Positions 47,231 to 59,999 of a stretch of DNA of 64,000 nucleotides are shown one piece after another; within the stretch, counting starts at the first letter, position 1; each line of letters starts with the position of its first letter. The notes under the pieces were generated by a model, which saw only the letters and a list, made by a program, of their open reading frames with translations, ran no database searches and was not told where the DNA came from. Where the stretch lies: assembly GCA_050230475.1 (NCBI GenBank), contig JBFLGF010000214.1:1-64000 (forward strand), given 5' to 3'. Both the position numbers and the translations under genes were made by a program. The stretch is from Ancylonema sp. Lineage: Eukaryota.

Positions 47231-48885
47231 ATGACATTACTCCATGGTCAGGAGAGGAGTGGTGTGGGTCCCGGTAGTGTGAATGTCGATCAGTGCAGCA
47301 GTTTCGGCTTTCCCACGTCTCACAATCGATGAGGACGGCCATTTAAAAAACATGTCAAGGCGATCTTTGTTCTGACTTGAAATCGAGTATCCAGATCTGT
47401 GTCGTTTATTCACCCTATCTTGTCAAGCAATTGTGACGGCCATGCCAATCTCGTTACTGCGCATTCACAGCATAGTGTACGTTCGCGTCCAATTCACTTC
47501 CAGATACTGATCTCTTTCTTTTGAAAGTGCGTATGCGACATGACTCCTGCGTTAGAGACCTCCGGGTCCATGAATCCTGTTATTACAGAGTTGTACTTCC
47601 AGCTGCAGATCGCACTTCCCATGGTCCTCTTCAATGTTCTGCAGGTACGCTTCGATCACATCTAACGGCAGAGACTCTCCTCGTTTATTTGGTCTGGTGG
47701 CCGGTTCCCTCATGTGCGACACCCGCCCTTGATATTCCGTGATACCCGCCCTTGCTATACCGCGCAGTTCATGTGGGGCCTCATCTCCCTCAGTTTCGCC
47801 GGCCATCTAGGCGCTGCTGAGCTGGCAGGCGCAGCGGCCGCCACCAGTCTCGGCCAAGTCACCGGCCACGCCGTCCTAGTACGGACATCCGCCCCCCACT
47901 CCAGACTCCAGACTCCAGACTCCTTTCATTTCATGAATATGCTCCAGCCCTGTATGCGAAATTTCGGTACAGGACTCTTCTTGTATTAATGTGACCCATT
48001 TCCGGGTTTCTAGTTTGTTTTGGGATTCTTTGACAAGGATCTCAAAAATGCTGTAGCAGAAACGTATACATCCGACATAGAATCGACACATATTCGATAC
48101 GCATCCGGCACATAATCGATACATATTCGATACGCATCCGATAGTTAATACTTGTTTGCTCCCAGCCTTTTCCATTCTCCCCTCTACTACCACCCCCTCC
48201 CGCCTCTCTCCAGATCGGAATGAGTACCGCTCTAGAGACCCTCTGCGGCCAAGCCTTTGGCGCAAAGCAGTACCCCCTCCTCGGCCTCCACCTCCAACGC
48301 GCCTTCTGCGTCCTGGCCATCACCGCGTTGCCATGTGGCACGCTGTGGTACACCATGGAATCGTTCCTGCTTCTCATTGGCCAGCCGCCCGCAGTGAGCC
48401 ACATGGCGGGCGTGTACATGCGCTGCCTCATCCCGGCCCTAGCAGCCAACGTTTTCATTCAGCCTATCGTACGCTTCCTTCAGGCACAGTCGATAACCGT
48501 ACCCATGGCGCTATCTGCTGCCACGGTTCTGGTCCTGCATGCCCCTGTCAACTGGCTGCTCATATACGGGTATCGTCTACCTACCTTCCCGGGGGGGAGG
48601 GGGGTGTATTTTTGCGTTTCTGGGCGGATTTTCATCACTGAAAATACTGTAAGTGAAATGAATGGAATCCATGATGTACTATTAATACTAATATTGATAC
48701 AAATGATGATCATATTAATCTTAACAAGAAGGATAATAATAAAGAATGATAAAAAAAATAAAAAAATGTATTAAGAATAAGAATAAGAATAAGAATAAGA
48801 ATAAGAATAAGAATAAGAATAAGAATAAGAATAAGAATAAGAATAAGAAAAAGAAAAAGAAAAAGAAAAAGAAAAAGAAAAAGAA

Positions 48886-48969
<84 letters not shown>

Positions 48970-48973
48970 GTTG

Positions 48974-49005
<32 letters not shown>

Positions 49006-49048
49006 GTTATTATTATTATTATTGTTGTTATTATTATCATTATTATTA

Positions 49049-49086
<38 letters not shown>

Positions 49087-50768
49087 AAATTAATTCTTAA
49101 CCTTATAAAAAATATTACTGATATTAATTTTTAGACTATATATTGTAGTTGTAGTAATAAGAATTGTAAAAATATTAATATATTACTTATAATAATAAAA
49201 TTAACAGTCTAATCTAGTACTATATAGTATAATATTAATAATCCATACAGAATGATAAGTTTTACAACATATCACGGGATTATGAAATATCCTAATAATA
49301 ACATACGAGAGTAAAATTATTGTTTGTCATGCTTTTTTGTAATATAAATACATAACAGTATTATATCGTTATATACTTATGTAGATATTAAATTATTATA
49401 GTTTTTATGACATACAGCAATATATGATACATAAACTTCACACAATGGTGTCAAATGGACGGCGTGCCTATACAAAAAGGGGTGGCTTCAAACAGGGTCC
49501 GCCCAACCTCCTCCTGTATCATACCACTGGGGATTTGGGGTCCAGGTTCGGTTTGGGTTACCCTGGTGCTGCCCTGGCCACCTCCGTGGCCTACTGCCTC
49601 AACCTCACCGTCCTCGTCTCCTACCTCCACCTGTCAGGATCCTGTCACGCCACCTGGCAGGGATGGGACCGTAGGGCCGTGCAGGATCTCCGCCCCTTTG
49701 TCCGCCTCGCCCTCCCCTCAGCGCTCATGACCTGGTAAACAGAGAACGCGTGCTCTGACGCGATATTCTGGCTTGGAGTCTGACGCGGACTCTGACGCGT
49801 GTCTCTGACGTGTGCCGGTGGACCAGTGTGGAGTCCTGGGGCTTCCAGTGCAACCCCATCCTGGCAGGATACCTCCGACCAGACCCAGCCGTCCAGCTGT
49901 CCGCCATCTCCATATGGTACCCTACCTCCCCCCCCCCCATGCCCCCCGCCCCCCCTCCTCCCCTCCACCCCCCCCCCTCCCCCTCCCTCACACAGTACCC
50001 AACCCCTTCTCCCCCCCCCCCCCCACCCCCTCGCCCCCCCCCAAAGCGTGAACACGGGCTATTTCGCCTTCATGCCCGCCTACGGTTTCTCCGCCGCTGT
50101 CAGCACCCGGGTATCCAATGAGTTGGGGGCGGGGCGTCCAGCTGGCGCCAGGGGTGCGATAACCGTATCCCTCGCCCTCGCTTTCTCCAACGGCCTCCTC
50201 ATGCTGGCAGCCATTATGGCGGGGAAGCGGCCGTGGGCCCTCCTCTTCACCTCAGACGCTTCGGTGCTGGAGCTGCTGAGTCAGATTCTGCCCATAGTGG
50301 CAGTGAGCTGTGCCCTGGACGGGGGTGGGGGGGTGCTCTCGGGGATTGTGAGGGGATGCGGGAGGCAGCGGTTGGGGGCGGTGGCCAACCTGGTGGCCTA
50401 CGACGGGATCGGGGTTGGGTCTGCGGTTGTTCTGGCCTTCGTTTTCCACCTGCAGGCCAAGGGGCTGTGGTTGGGGACCAGTCTAGGGGTGGTTGCGCAA
50501 GCCTCTATTCTGGGGATATTAGTGGGGCTCACAAATTGGGATGAACAGGTAAGAAGGGGGGGGGGCGTTGGGGGGGGGTTGGGTATGGGGGGGTGGTTTT
50601 GGGGCAATTTGAGAAGGGGGTGGGTTGTCTTACATTGGGTCTGGATTGGGTAAGAAATGTTTTTTTGGGGTCTGACATTTTTCGCAGAGTGAGAGGGCGT
50701 TGGATCGCATTACAGCAGAGGATTATGCGGCTCTACCAGACGGGGTGTCATCTATAGAGGAGGCGTAG
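47231..50768 (+). CDS. MATE (DTX) efflux transporter, multi-exon
   Basis: ELYFQLQIALPMVLFNVLQ, FAGHLGAAELAGAA, GMSTALETLCGQAFGAKQY, GLGYPGAALA, VESWGFQ, AVSTRVSNELGAGRP, LSGIVRGCGRQRLGAVANLVAY, TNWDEQ; last exon ends ..SIEEA* at 50768. First exon tentative. Confidence 0.92.
48770..49085. repeat. Compound microsatellite (AATAAG)n(AAAAAG)n(TTA)n in a MATE intron
   Basis: Direct reading. Confidence 0.98.
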
Positions 50769-51334
50769 AGAAGTAAATGGGATGATGGGATGATGAGATG
50801 GGGAGGACTTGGTTGGGATGACTCCTTGTGAACGAGGTGGGGACTTTTTGTAGGACTTTCGGTAGGGTCCTTTTTTTTTTTTTTTTTTTTCTCCTCCCCT
50901 TTCTCCTTTGCGTAATAAAAATAAACATGTGTGTCTGGAAAACACGAGGATAAATTTATTTATTTATGTTTGGTATTCATTTGGAGTGAGTTGCTCAAGA
51001 CGGCATTGATGTTATGATGCCCTACTGCGACCTTGATTGTTGAGTAGTACAGTTTGGCCCTTTGTCAAGGTTAACCTGATCCAAATATATATTTTATTAC
51101 TCTTTACCTGGTTCCAATGCAAAGCGCTAGCACTGTTCTCATGGGCTTGGCCACATAGCCTTTTGCGCACAAGTTTTAAAATCCCAACATCACCTTTGCT
51201 TGCGTCCCCTATTCCAAGTCACCAAATGCTTGTTTGGCATTATATGCGCCTATGTAACGAACCAACAAATGTGATGATGAGAAGGATGTGGATTTGTACT
51301 AGCCAACTATTCCACTCAAAAGTTCAAATGACAC

Positions 51335-51533
51335 TATGGTATTGATTAGAGATCATGACCCGGAAATAATTCCGAGAAGGGCGGGTCATTTATATGTGGG
51401 TCACCGGATAGGAGTAGAAGTTCAGATATTTTGGAAATTTGATGTTGGGCGCGCGGGTGGGTCAATCCTGGATTAACCGCGTTAATTAACTATTGTTTTT
51501 CAAACCTGGGTCATTATCTTTGGCTAGTACGGT
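51335..51533. mobile_element. Degenerate Tc1/mariner-like MITE related to 39969-40320
   Basis: End GGGTCATTATCTTTGGCTAGTACGGTA; internal GCGCGGGT.GGTCAA is inverted relative to the 40125-40145 motif. Confidence 0.55.
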
Positions 51534-52850
51534 AGACACCAAAAACACAGCAATATAACGACTTCGGTTGATCAACTCACGGACTTAACTGTCCCGATCA
51601 ACACGTTGTGTACATGTGGACATGTTGCGTGAAGCAACGCACATCAATATGTGTCCAAGCCCCAGCACGTGTGTCTGTATTCGCCCTGCTTTAGTGAGAA
51701 TCCCGAGTGCGTTGATTTTCCGCATTATCCGCATTAAAGATACCGTCTCAAGCATGCTTGGGGACTTGCGGGAATGCATGTAGAAAGAACACGCAAGGAC
51801 TATTCCCCCACATATGAAAACACGATGACTCTCTCACCTCATGAAAATCCGTTTACAAGTTTACAAGAGCTAAAGCACCGTTGTTGTAAACAACACGGTA
51901 CCTCAATTAGTAAGAGCAAGGGCAAGGGCATGGCAAAAGCACCATTGAGCCGCTGGTTGTGTGCAACACGAGAACGTTCGAATTTGATTTGATGTCGAGT
52001 ATATAACGCTCGCCACAAAGCATCAATGTGTGTGTGTGTACATATTTGTCCAAAAACTTTGGAACCTTGTGTAAATGCTTGCCGCGTAACGAACACATTG
52101 TCTGCAAACCAAAATACTAACTTGTGCCGTGTTTCATTTGTATTACACCAACACGACGTGCCATGCATCAAGTGGTTTGAGTCTCTATCCTATGTCGTCT
52201 TGGTCCAAATGCATACTCCCCCAATACAAGTGACACTCAAGTGGATTTTACCCGTCGAGGTCATTGTTCACTAAATTGTGCCAATCGAGGACGTCCCGGT
52301 AAAGGGGGTACTTCGACATAATCTCTTTACGGAAGGATTTGTCGATCGTCAGTTCCGTACTAGCCACTTCTAAATCCCCAACGTTCTTATAAAATAGTAT
52401 ATTTATTCTTCCCCCACTTCTTGTCCCAACCAAATAGTTATTAACCCACTACGATATAAACCCCCAAAAATATTGAAATTATTAATCAATATCATTGCCC
52501 CCCCCTAGCCCCAAACCATCAATTAGTGGGGATTAAAGTTTGCCGCTACGAATATATTGAGAATGTCGTTATTGAGTGACGGGGGATGTATTGCATCGGG
52601 ATGTCAAGATCACATATTAGGTGTCGCTCGTCGTAACAACATTGTTATTTCCTCGTCCATACCAACCGCGCGATGGCCAGCCGCGTACATGACGGATGCA
52701 CCCCCCAACCGGGGCAAATTCAGTAAGGGGGTCGACCAGCTGCTCAATCAACCGTCCGAGTGCAAACGGCATGTTTATGTGCCTTGAGTGTTGATGGTCT
52801 GTGATCCCCCGTCTGGTAACTTCAATGCCTGGAGTTCCCCAACCGCACTA

Positions 52851-53969
52851 CAGTGCTCCCTCGATATAAAGACAAAAAAAAACCAATAAAGTGTCGTTAT
52901 ATCGAGGTGTCATTATACACTGTATAACGACATTTACTACTAGAATCTGAAATCTCTGTCCTTGTATCGAGGGACTTTGCGAATGAAACAAAGTGAATAA
53001 GCAAATGTGTTTATTATGTGTTTCCTAGAGTAAGTTGCCTCGGCATGATTTTCCAATTCAGCGTGTGTGTTGATATACGAGCTACACAAGTGCGTCATGA
53101 TACCAATACATGCGGATCATAGTTGCGTCCCGGACCGTCCAGGGATCTCCGGACGCGTCCGGAACGCGTCCAGACCCGGACGTGTCCCGGACGTGTCCCG
53201 GACCCAGACGCCAGAGCCAAAATTTGATATTCATATATTTGGAACCCCGATATTCGTGTAACTTCAGGTTGAAAACTTTTTTCTTTTTTTTTGCATCATA
53301 GTTGCGTCCCGGACCGTCCGGGGATCCCCTGACGCGTCCGGGACGCGTCCTGGGCCGGGCGTGTCCCGACCGCGTCCGGCATCCTCGCGTCCGGGACGCA
53401 ACTATGATGCGGATGGACAAAATATACTACAACACTTTACGAGGAGAGATGGGGAGGTATTAAGGTTGTTACAAAGCAACACCGGACACGCACATTCTGT
53501 TGGACATGAAGTAAAAGCAGCGGAAGGTTGGAACAATGAACAACATGGACATTTTTTTACAAGTGGTAACGTTAACATTGAATGAGTGTAACTTGTGAGT
53601 GCTTCCCAACCCAAGAGGAACTACTACTACATATACACGAGCTTAGTTCTGGACCATCCGAGGAGGACAGAGGCGGCGTTCTCCATGACATGTGGAACAA
53701 CTCGAACACGTTGTAGAGAATCTGAGGTGTCGTTCATGAGGTTTCTAGATTTTTCTCGATTACCATACATCGTTATCTGCGAGCACTAGCGTTATATACA
53801 CAGTATAACGACATTCAGTAACAAATTTCTGAAATAATTTATAATTATATAGAGTGTTGTTATGCTTATATCGAGGGCAATTTCATATTGATTTGAAAAA
53901 AGTTCCCAAAAACTGTCGTTATATCGAGGTTGTCGTTATAAATAGGGTCGTTATATCGAGGGAGCACTG
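52851..53969. mobile_element. Non-autonomous Tc1/mariner (pogo-like) element
   Basis: 19-bp TIR CAGTGCTCCCTCGATATAA / TTATATCGAGGGAGCACTG, TA on the left flank, internal GTCGTTATATCGAG repeats. Confidence 0.85.
53118..53406. mobile_element. hAT MITE nested in the pogo-like element
   Basis: TIR CATAGTTGCGTCCCGGAC / GTCCGGGACGCAACTATG; TSD ATGCGGAT. Confidence 0.95.
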
Positions 53970-54295
53970 TTATTGCGGTCTCGGACCCCCCAGCCACACA
54001 AAAATGAGTGGTGGGCGCAAGTCTGGTGATGGGACGCCCCCGTGAATATCCCCGTGGGAAGGGGCCACCGTTCCCCCACAAGAGACCCCCTCCTCTAGGT
54101 GGGCGGTTTTTTTGGACAAACTGAAACGGCGTGGGGTTGGCGGGGCTAGTCGGGGCTCGGTGAGGCATCTAAGCATAGTTGGCCCCGTCCCGGGCGGAAA
54201 GCGGGGCTTAGTCCGGAGCGGGCCCGCCCGAGTTGGAAAGCGGGGCGAAATTTGTGGGGCGGAGCCATAGGTCTAATTACCATTCAAAAGAAAAA

Positions 54296-55712
54296 GGGAG
54301 AGACTTCGGGCACCCCCAAAAGCGACTGCGGGCACCCCCCTCCAACAACTCAAAGTCTCTCACTTTTTTTACTCCACACTGATCGGGAAAAAAAAAGAAA
54401 AAAAAAATGCTAACATCAACCACATAGTCCCCTTTGCCATGCCGAGAAAAAAATATTTTGAATATCGCAAATCGTTTGTCTATGATTTTTTGAACTTGGC
54501 TATTGTTAAGGGAGAGACAGCGGGGCACCGGGAGGGGGGTGCCCGCATTCGCTTTGGAGGGTGCCCGCAGTCTCTCCCATAGTTGCACGGACCGGCGGAC
54601 CGGGGTCCCGAGGTCCCGACTCCGGACCGAGGTCCGTCCTTTTGGGTCAAAAATCCGGACCGGCTGTTTAGGGTAATATCCGTTTTTTGGGGGTTTTAAG
54701 GTGGTTTCCGTGGAGAAAAAACTCCGGAAGTATTTTTTTCGCGAATAAAATTATATTTAACATCTTATAAAAATGTAAAAAAAATGTTAGGCCTATCAAA
54801 TAAGTAATTAAAACCTGCAATGCATCATTGTAGATAGAGTTTTTCACCACTTTCGAAATACATCACTTGGGAAAATGCAAGAGTCAATTTGGAATGGTTA
54901 TAAGTATTCCATATTCTTTCATTTTCCATACGTTACAATGTAACTCTGAAATGATACTCATGTGAGGCTCAAAAAAATGTGATGAAGGGTCACCGTCTCA
55001 TGAAATAAAGTAAAATTAGAAACACCTTATCAAACATTATCCTGATTTTGTTTTCCACGCTCAAAACCTTGTACTCAAACTTCTCTCCACCTTAAAAACA
55101 AATTTCTAACTTCTCACTTTCCTATTCTACATAAATGAATGGGTAACTTCCCTATTTGTAATTTACTGACCTTCTCAAAATCTATCCTTCCCTATAACTC
55201 CATATTTATATGAAACGGGAAAAAAAAACATTACGACCTCTACACCCGTAATGTTTGTTTTATTTTCACACCCATAACACTCTTCACTGTTTACAACACC
55301 TTAAATAACCCCCCTCTCCCCACTTCCCACTCCTCACTTGTCACTCCCCAAAAATCTTTCCTCACTCCGAATAACACACTTCCAAGTACCAACTTACACC
55401 AAAATTTAAGCCATTTTGTCAATTTTAAATTGCACCATCTCAATCAATGGACGGTTGAATATGAACATGCTATTTTATTTTAGTTATTATTCTAATTTGC
55501 TACAACTTTGCAAGCCACAAATGACAGAGTTATATCACACGTGTGAGGTACAGGAAAAAAATTGAAGCCCCAAGTCCTTTTTCCCCGCGGAAAAGTTGCC
55601 TGACAAAAAAACCCTAAAAGTTCCCCGGTCCGACCGGGTCCCGACTCGGGACCCGGTCCGACCGCGGTCCGAAAATCCGATGTTGCCGGTCCGTGCAACT
55701 ATGGTCTCTCCC
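54296..55712. mobile_element. GGGAGAGAC-TIR MITE whose right TIR is split by a hAT insertion
   Basis: Homologous to 46759-47006. Confidence 0.8.
54578..55703. mobile_element. Non-autonomous hAT element (inner layer)
   Basis: 19-bp TIR CATAGTTGCACGGACCGGC / GCCGGTCCGTGCAACTATG; TSD GTCTCTCC. Confidence 0.95.
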
Positions 55713-56481
55713 CAAAAAAAAAAGCCGCAATGCGGATATATGGTTGGTTTTGTTCAAAACCAACTTATTAGAGAGTGTACGACATACGCCAAACGTCCGA
55801 CATCATCTAATGTCACTCATCATTCGGACTCCGTGGCGGGGCGTGGTATAATGAGATAATAATAATAATAATAATAATAATAAAGCCTTGAGAAATCCAA
55901 AAGAATATAACACGAGTAAAGATGGCAGGCGTTCTTTGTGTTATACAATCTTGAATACTGGTCGGATTTTATTTCTTAAAAGATGTACATGAACTACGTA
56001 GTATTGGGATCCTTTATCCAAAGAACCTCAAAATCCTTCGTGGCTCACTGCCGGACGGAAATCGGGGCGGAATTTGCGGGGCGGAGCCAACTATGCATCT
56101 AAGGGCTTGGGCGCCCCCCAGCGCCAAGGGGATTGGGGCAAATGTCCTCATGAGCTCATGAGCGCAGATCCATGCGGTCCTGCCGACAGAACAATCTGCA
56201 ATCTGAAGGCAGCCGGGAAGAGCTCCCAACGACCGCTCAAAGATTCATGTCAAAGCCTGCGGCTCATGGCAAAGCACACATGTTCACCGTGATCGGTCAG
56301 AACAGGTGATTATCCTGAGAGAGGCCCCCCATTCTCTTTGGAAAGGGACTGTTGGGGTGTGTGGCTCTGCTGCTGCTGCTGCTGTCTTTTGGCAGCTGCT
56401 CGTAACCGTAAATCGGGATATCGTGTTTTCCTCACCTCGTCCTTTTCCTCACTTTCAGAGCAGGCATTTCTCCTTTCAGAA

Positions 56482-59006
56482 ATGAGCGAGGTAATCCAAT
56501 ATGCAATTTTTGCCGTCCATTGCCCTGATTTTGTGCAGAGAATGGTCGAATGCCTTTTCCAGTCAATACTAAGTTGGCTTACTGCTGCGTTCCTTTCTTT
56601 CCATCTGTCTCGGTATCACTTTTGGCGTCTCCGCTGTAACTCCGCAGTGCGGACCGCCTTGCAGTTTTGCTTTGCGTGAAGGGGTGCTCACGGTATCTCT
56701 GTCTCGAACTAGTTAAGTAATCTAGTTCGATAATTTGAGCCAGAGATAGATATTCATCTCAATAGGACACACCAGTACAACCAGCTCGTAAGGCCATGGA
56801 GCATCAACCCTTTCTCATTCGCTGCGTCATTACATTGAGGAGTAGCTCAACCCAATTGCCGTGTACGCTGTCTTGATGAGGCTTCTCCTATTTTTTTTTC
56901 GTCCAGATGAAGAAGTCTGAAATCCGGACAGAAGAGAAAACCGGGCTTTCTTCGAGCAGTCTTCAATAAGGAGCGGACGGAGATGACTCTGGTGCTGGAG
57001 ATAAGGCGGTCCTTACGTCTTCAGTGAAGAACAAACTCGAGGAAGACAAGAACAAGCTGAAAGCACAGGAAGCGGCTGGCACCGGGAGGTAAACCATGTG
57101 TCCATCTGTCCTTAGTTTCCCCGTCGTCTTAGTAGACTGATCAGTAGACCGAGAGACGACCCATCAGAGACCTATCAGTGATCTTCCATAAATCTTGTGA
57201 ATCGAAAATATCTTCTGCGGCAGCATCCTTGGAGAAGAACCGGGGAGTAAGGAGGGGGCTGGGGAAACTATAATTGTCACCCTCGCCGGCACTTTCTTTG
57301 CTTAAGGACCAGGTTAATATAATTAAGCTTGGCACATAGGTCTTTATCAAATTATTGTCTCCTAGTCGCCCGTGTCTAATGTGTACCTCCGTTCTGTATC
57401 ACTTCTCCTCATCTGCTCGTTTAATATTTTGAGGCTGTACATCTGGATTCTGTACCGATTTGCCCCATATGTCGTGACGGCATTGCTGTCCTGCAGCTTT
57501 GGTCATGAAGGACGCCACCAGTGACAGCTCGGATCAGGAGTGTTCAATTATTGTGTTTTTTTGTTGTTTGACCAGCAGCAACGGTTCGTTGCAAAATGGT
57601 GACCTTGCAGAAGGATGTGGGGATGGAAAGCGGGCTACTCCAAAAAAAGAGTCAGGAAAGAAGCAAAAGGAGTCGACGTCCACCACTTCTTTAGTGAGCC
57701 AGGACAGGTAAGGTGGAGTTTTTTGGTCGTGGTCTGGGAGGGTGAAGTAAAAAATCGATGCACAGTTACGCGTAACCCCAGCTCATTCCTGCATACTCGA
57801 TCGTTCTAACATGCAAAACAGAGCCGGCTTATCTTGCCCCTCAACCGAAGTACCTTTCTTTTATGCAGCTCCAGTGATGCAAGCAAGCAGCTCGGGTCTC
57901 CCTCTGCCACAGACTCGCAAGAGAGCCTGGACGCTGCGATGGAGAAACTACACCTGACGTACTTGATGTGGGACTGCGGTTATGAGGAAGGCTGCCCATG
58001 GGTCAGTAAACTCAATGACAGCAGACCAGAAGTACTGGACGATAAACCTCAAGTGAACCTGAAGTGTGGTCGGTGTCTTCAAGTCAAGCACTGCTCGAAA
58101 GAGTGCCAGAAGGCGGATTGGCCCGAGCACAAGCTTGGCTGCAAGAAGAGTGAAATGGCACGGTCGCTTTGGGAACAGAGTCGTGTGGAACAGGTTGCTT
58201 ATGAGAGGGGAGAGGCCATGCTGGAGGAGTTCGAGAGAAGTCGGCAGCAGCAGTTGGCGCGACTTCGTGAGGTGGACCGGAGGTGGGCAGCTGGCAGCAT
58301 CGATGAGGAGACAAATGCGGAGCTGCTGAACACAAAGGAGGATGCGAGGATGATTTTGGACCAGCTTGCACAAGAGGTTTCATTAAAGAAGGAGGAAATG
58401 ATGTGGACGCACAGAAACAAAGTGCAGCTGGAGGAGGCAAACGAGAAGCTGAAATTGACAAAGACGATCATGCGCACAGCCGCGAGGTTCATGACCAGGC
58501 TTGTTGACATGAACAAGGAGAGGCTGGTGCTCATCGGGTTGTGGCTGTATGTGCTGCACAAGAAGAAAGGAGCCATCACAATCGAAGTGGAGTCAACGGC
58601 CGCCTTGGAAAACATCATCAAGTGGTTGGGGCAGAGACGAGGGGCATTCAAGGAGAGAGGAGAGAATGGGGGGACCAAGATGGTGCCCTCTCAGGCTGCC
58701 TCGGAGGTACTGCAGCTGCTCTTCCTAGGGGAGAAGGTGAAGGGTGTAAAGAAGCTGGCATACTTGACCCTTCCAGAAACGAAGTCCAAAATCAAGGCCA
58801 TGGAGAGGGCTTTCTCCGCCGTAAGCCCTACTGTCGTAGCAATGCAGGAACTTCAGTCGTGGAAAGATCTTGCGGATGACATGCAAGCATATGACGAGCG
58901 CTGTAGTGTAATTATCCATATATCTCTTCTAGTTGAGGAAGTGAAAGATTATGATAACCAGCCGTTGCTTCTCTTGAAATGGTTGGAGTATTGCCCTAGC
59001 GGTTGA
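56482..59006 (+). CDS. MYND zinc-finger / coiled-coil protein, paralog B (open frame)
   Basis: Exons MSE (56482-56490), ~56908-57088, ~57576-57708, ~57870-59006; CGRCLQVKHCSKECQKADWPEHKLGC; same exon layout as paralog A. Confidence 0.82.
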
Positions 59007-59227
59007 GTTTCTTTTTGGGGTGTAGATTTTACCTCATTGTTTTAAGGATGGCACATAGAGTGTTGCCTCCGTGCTCGACCCAACATTTTGACGTTCTGTA
59101 AATTATTACCCCGATTCATAATGCAAGTATGCAATACATTTTTGTGAAGCGCGGGACACATCAGCGATCATTGTGCCATACACATTAACCACTCGACCAC
59201 GAAGGCTTGTGGTGATACCATGTGGAA

Positions 59228-59506
59228 CATAGATGCGTCCCGGACCGTCCGCGGATCTCCGGACGCGTCTGGGACTCCTCCGGGCTCGGACGCATCCGGA
59301 ACGCGTCCCGGACCCGGAAGCCACAACCAAAATCTGGTATCCACGTCTTGGGAACCCCCAAATTTGTGTAACTTCGGAATGTTGTTTTTTTGTGTTTTTT
59401 TTTGCATCTCAATTGCGTCCCGGACCGTGCGGGGATCTCCAGACGCGTCCGTGGCCGGCCGTGTCCCAGACGCGTCCCGAAACCTCGCGTCCGGGACGCA
59501 ACTATA
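59228..59506. mobile_element. hAT MITE (same family as 38096 and 53118)
   Basis: TIR CATAGATGCGTCCCGG / CCGGGACGCAACTATA; TSD ATGTGGAA. Confidence 0.92.
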
Positions 59507-59999
59507 ATGTGGAACTTATCGGCACTCGATTAGACAGTGGTCACATTTTCATTTTCATTTTCAGTGGCACTCACAACAGGCACATTGGCGATGATCTCAA
59601 ATGATTTGAAACCTATCCGTTGATAGTCAATAACCTCTTTGAATGTATACATCCGACAATATTATTTTATTTTGTTTTTGTTTTTTTCGGACCAAGTTGC
59701 TCGCACCATGCGTGGTTCTTCTCGTACACAATCCCTGATGTATGAACAAGGTAAAATGCTCAAAATTACCCGAATAAATTTGAAATCCCTAGAAAATAGA
59801 TTGTTTTATGCATAAAATTGAATAAATTGTTCGGCATGCAACCTTATATTTGAAAACCACGAGAACATGCACATATACTAAGAAAACGCACAAAGAATGA
59901 ACACCATATTTGGTTCTTCCGTCCACGTACTAAATGTGTTGGGAATGCGTCTTCTTTTTTTTTACCATTGAAAATTACAATCTGTAATGGCCATGTGAC

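Larger units (their letters stand above)
54174..56095. mobile_element. Non-autonomous hAT element (outer layer of a triple nest)
   Basis: TIR CATAGTTGGC / GCCAACTATG; TSD CATCTAAG. Confidence 0.9.

Noticed and set aside
48746..49087. Poly-L, poly-I and KN-repeat ORFs
   Set aside because: Intronic microsatellite.
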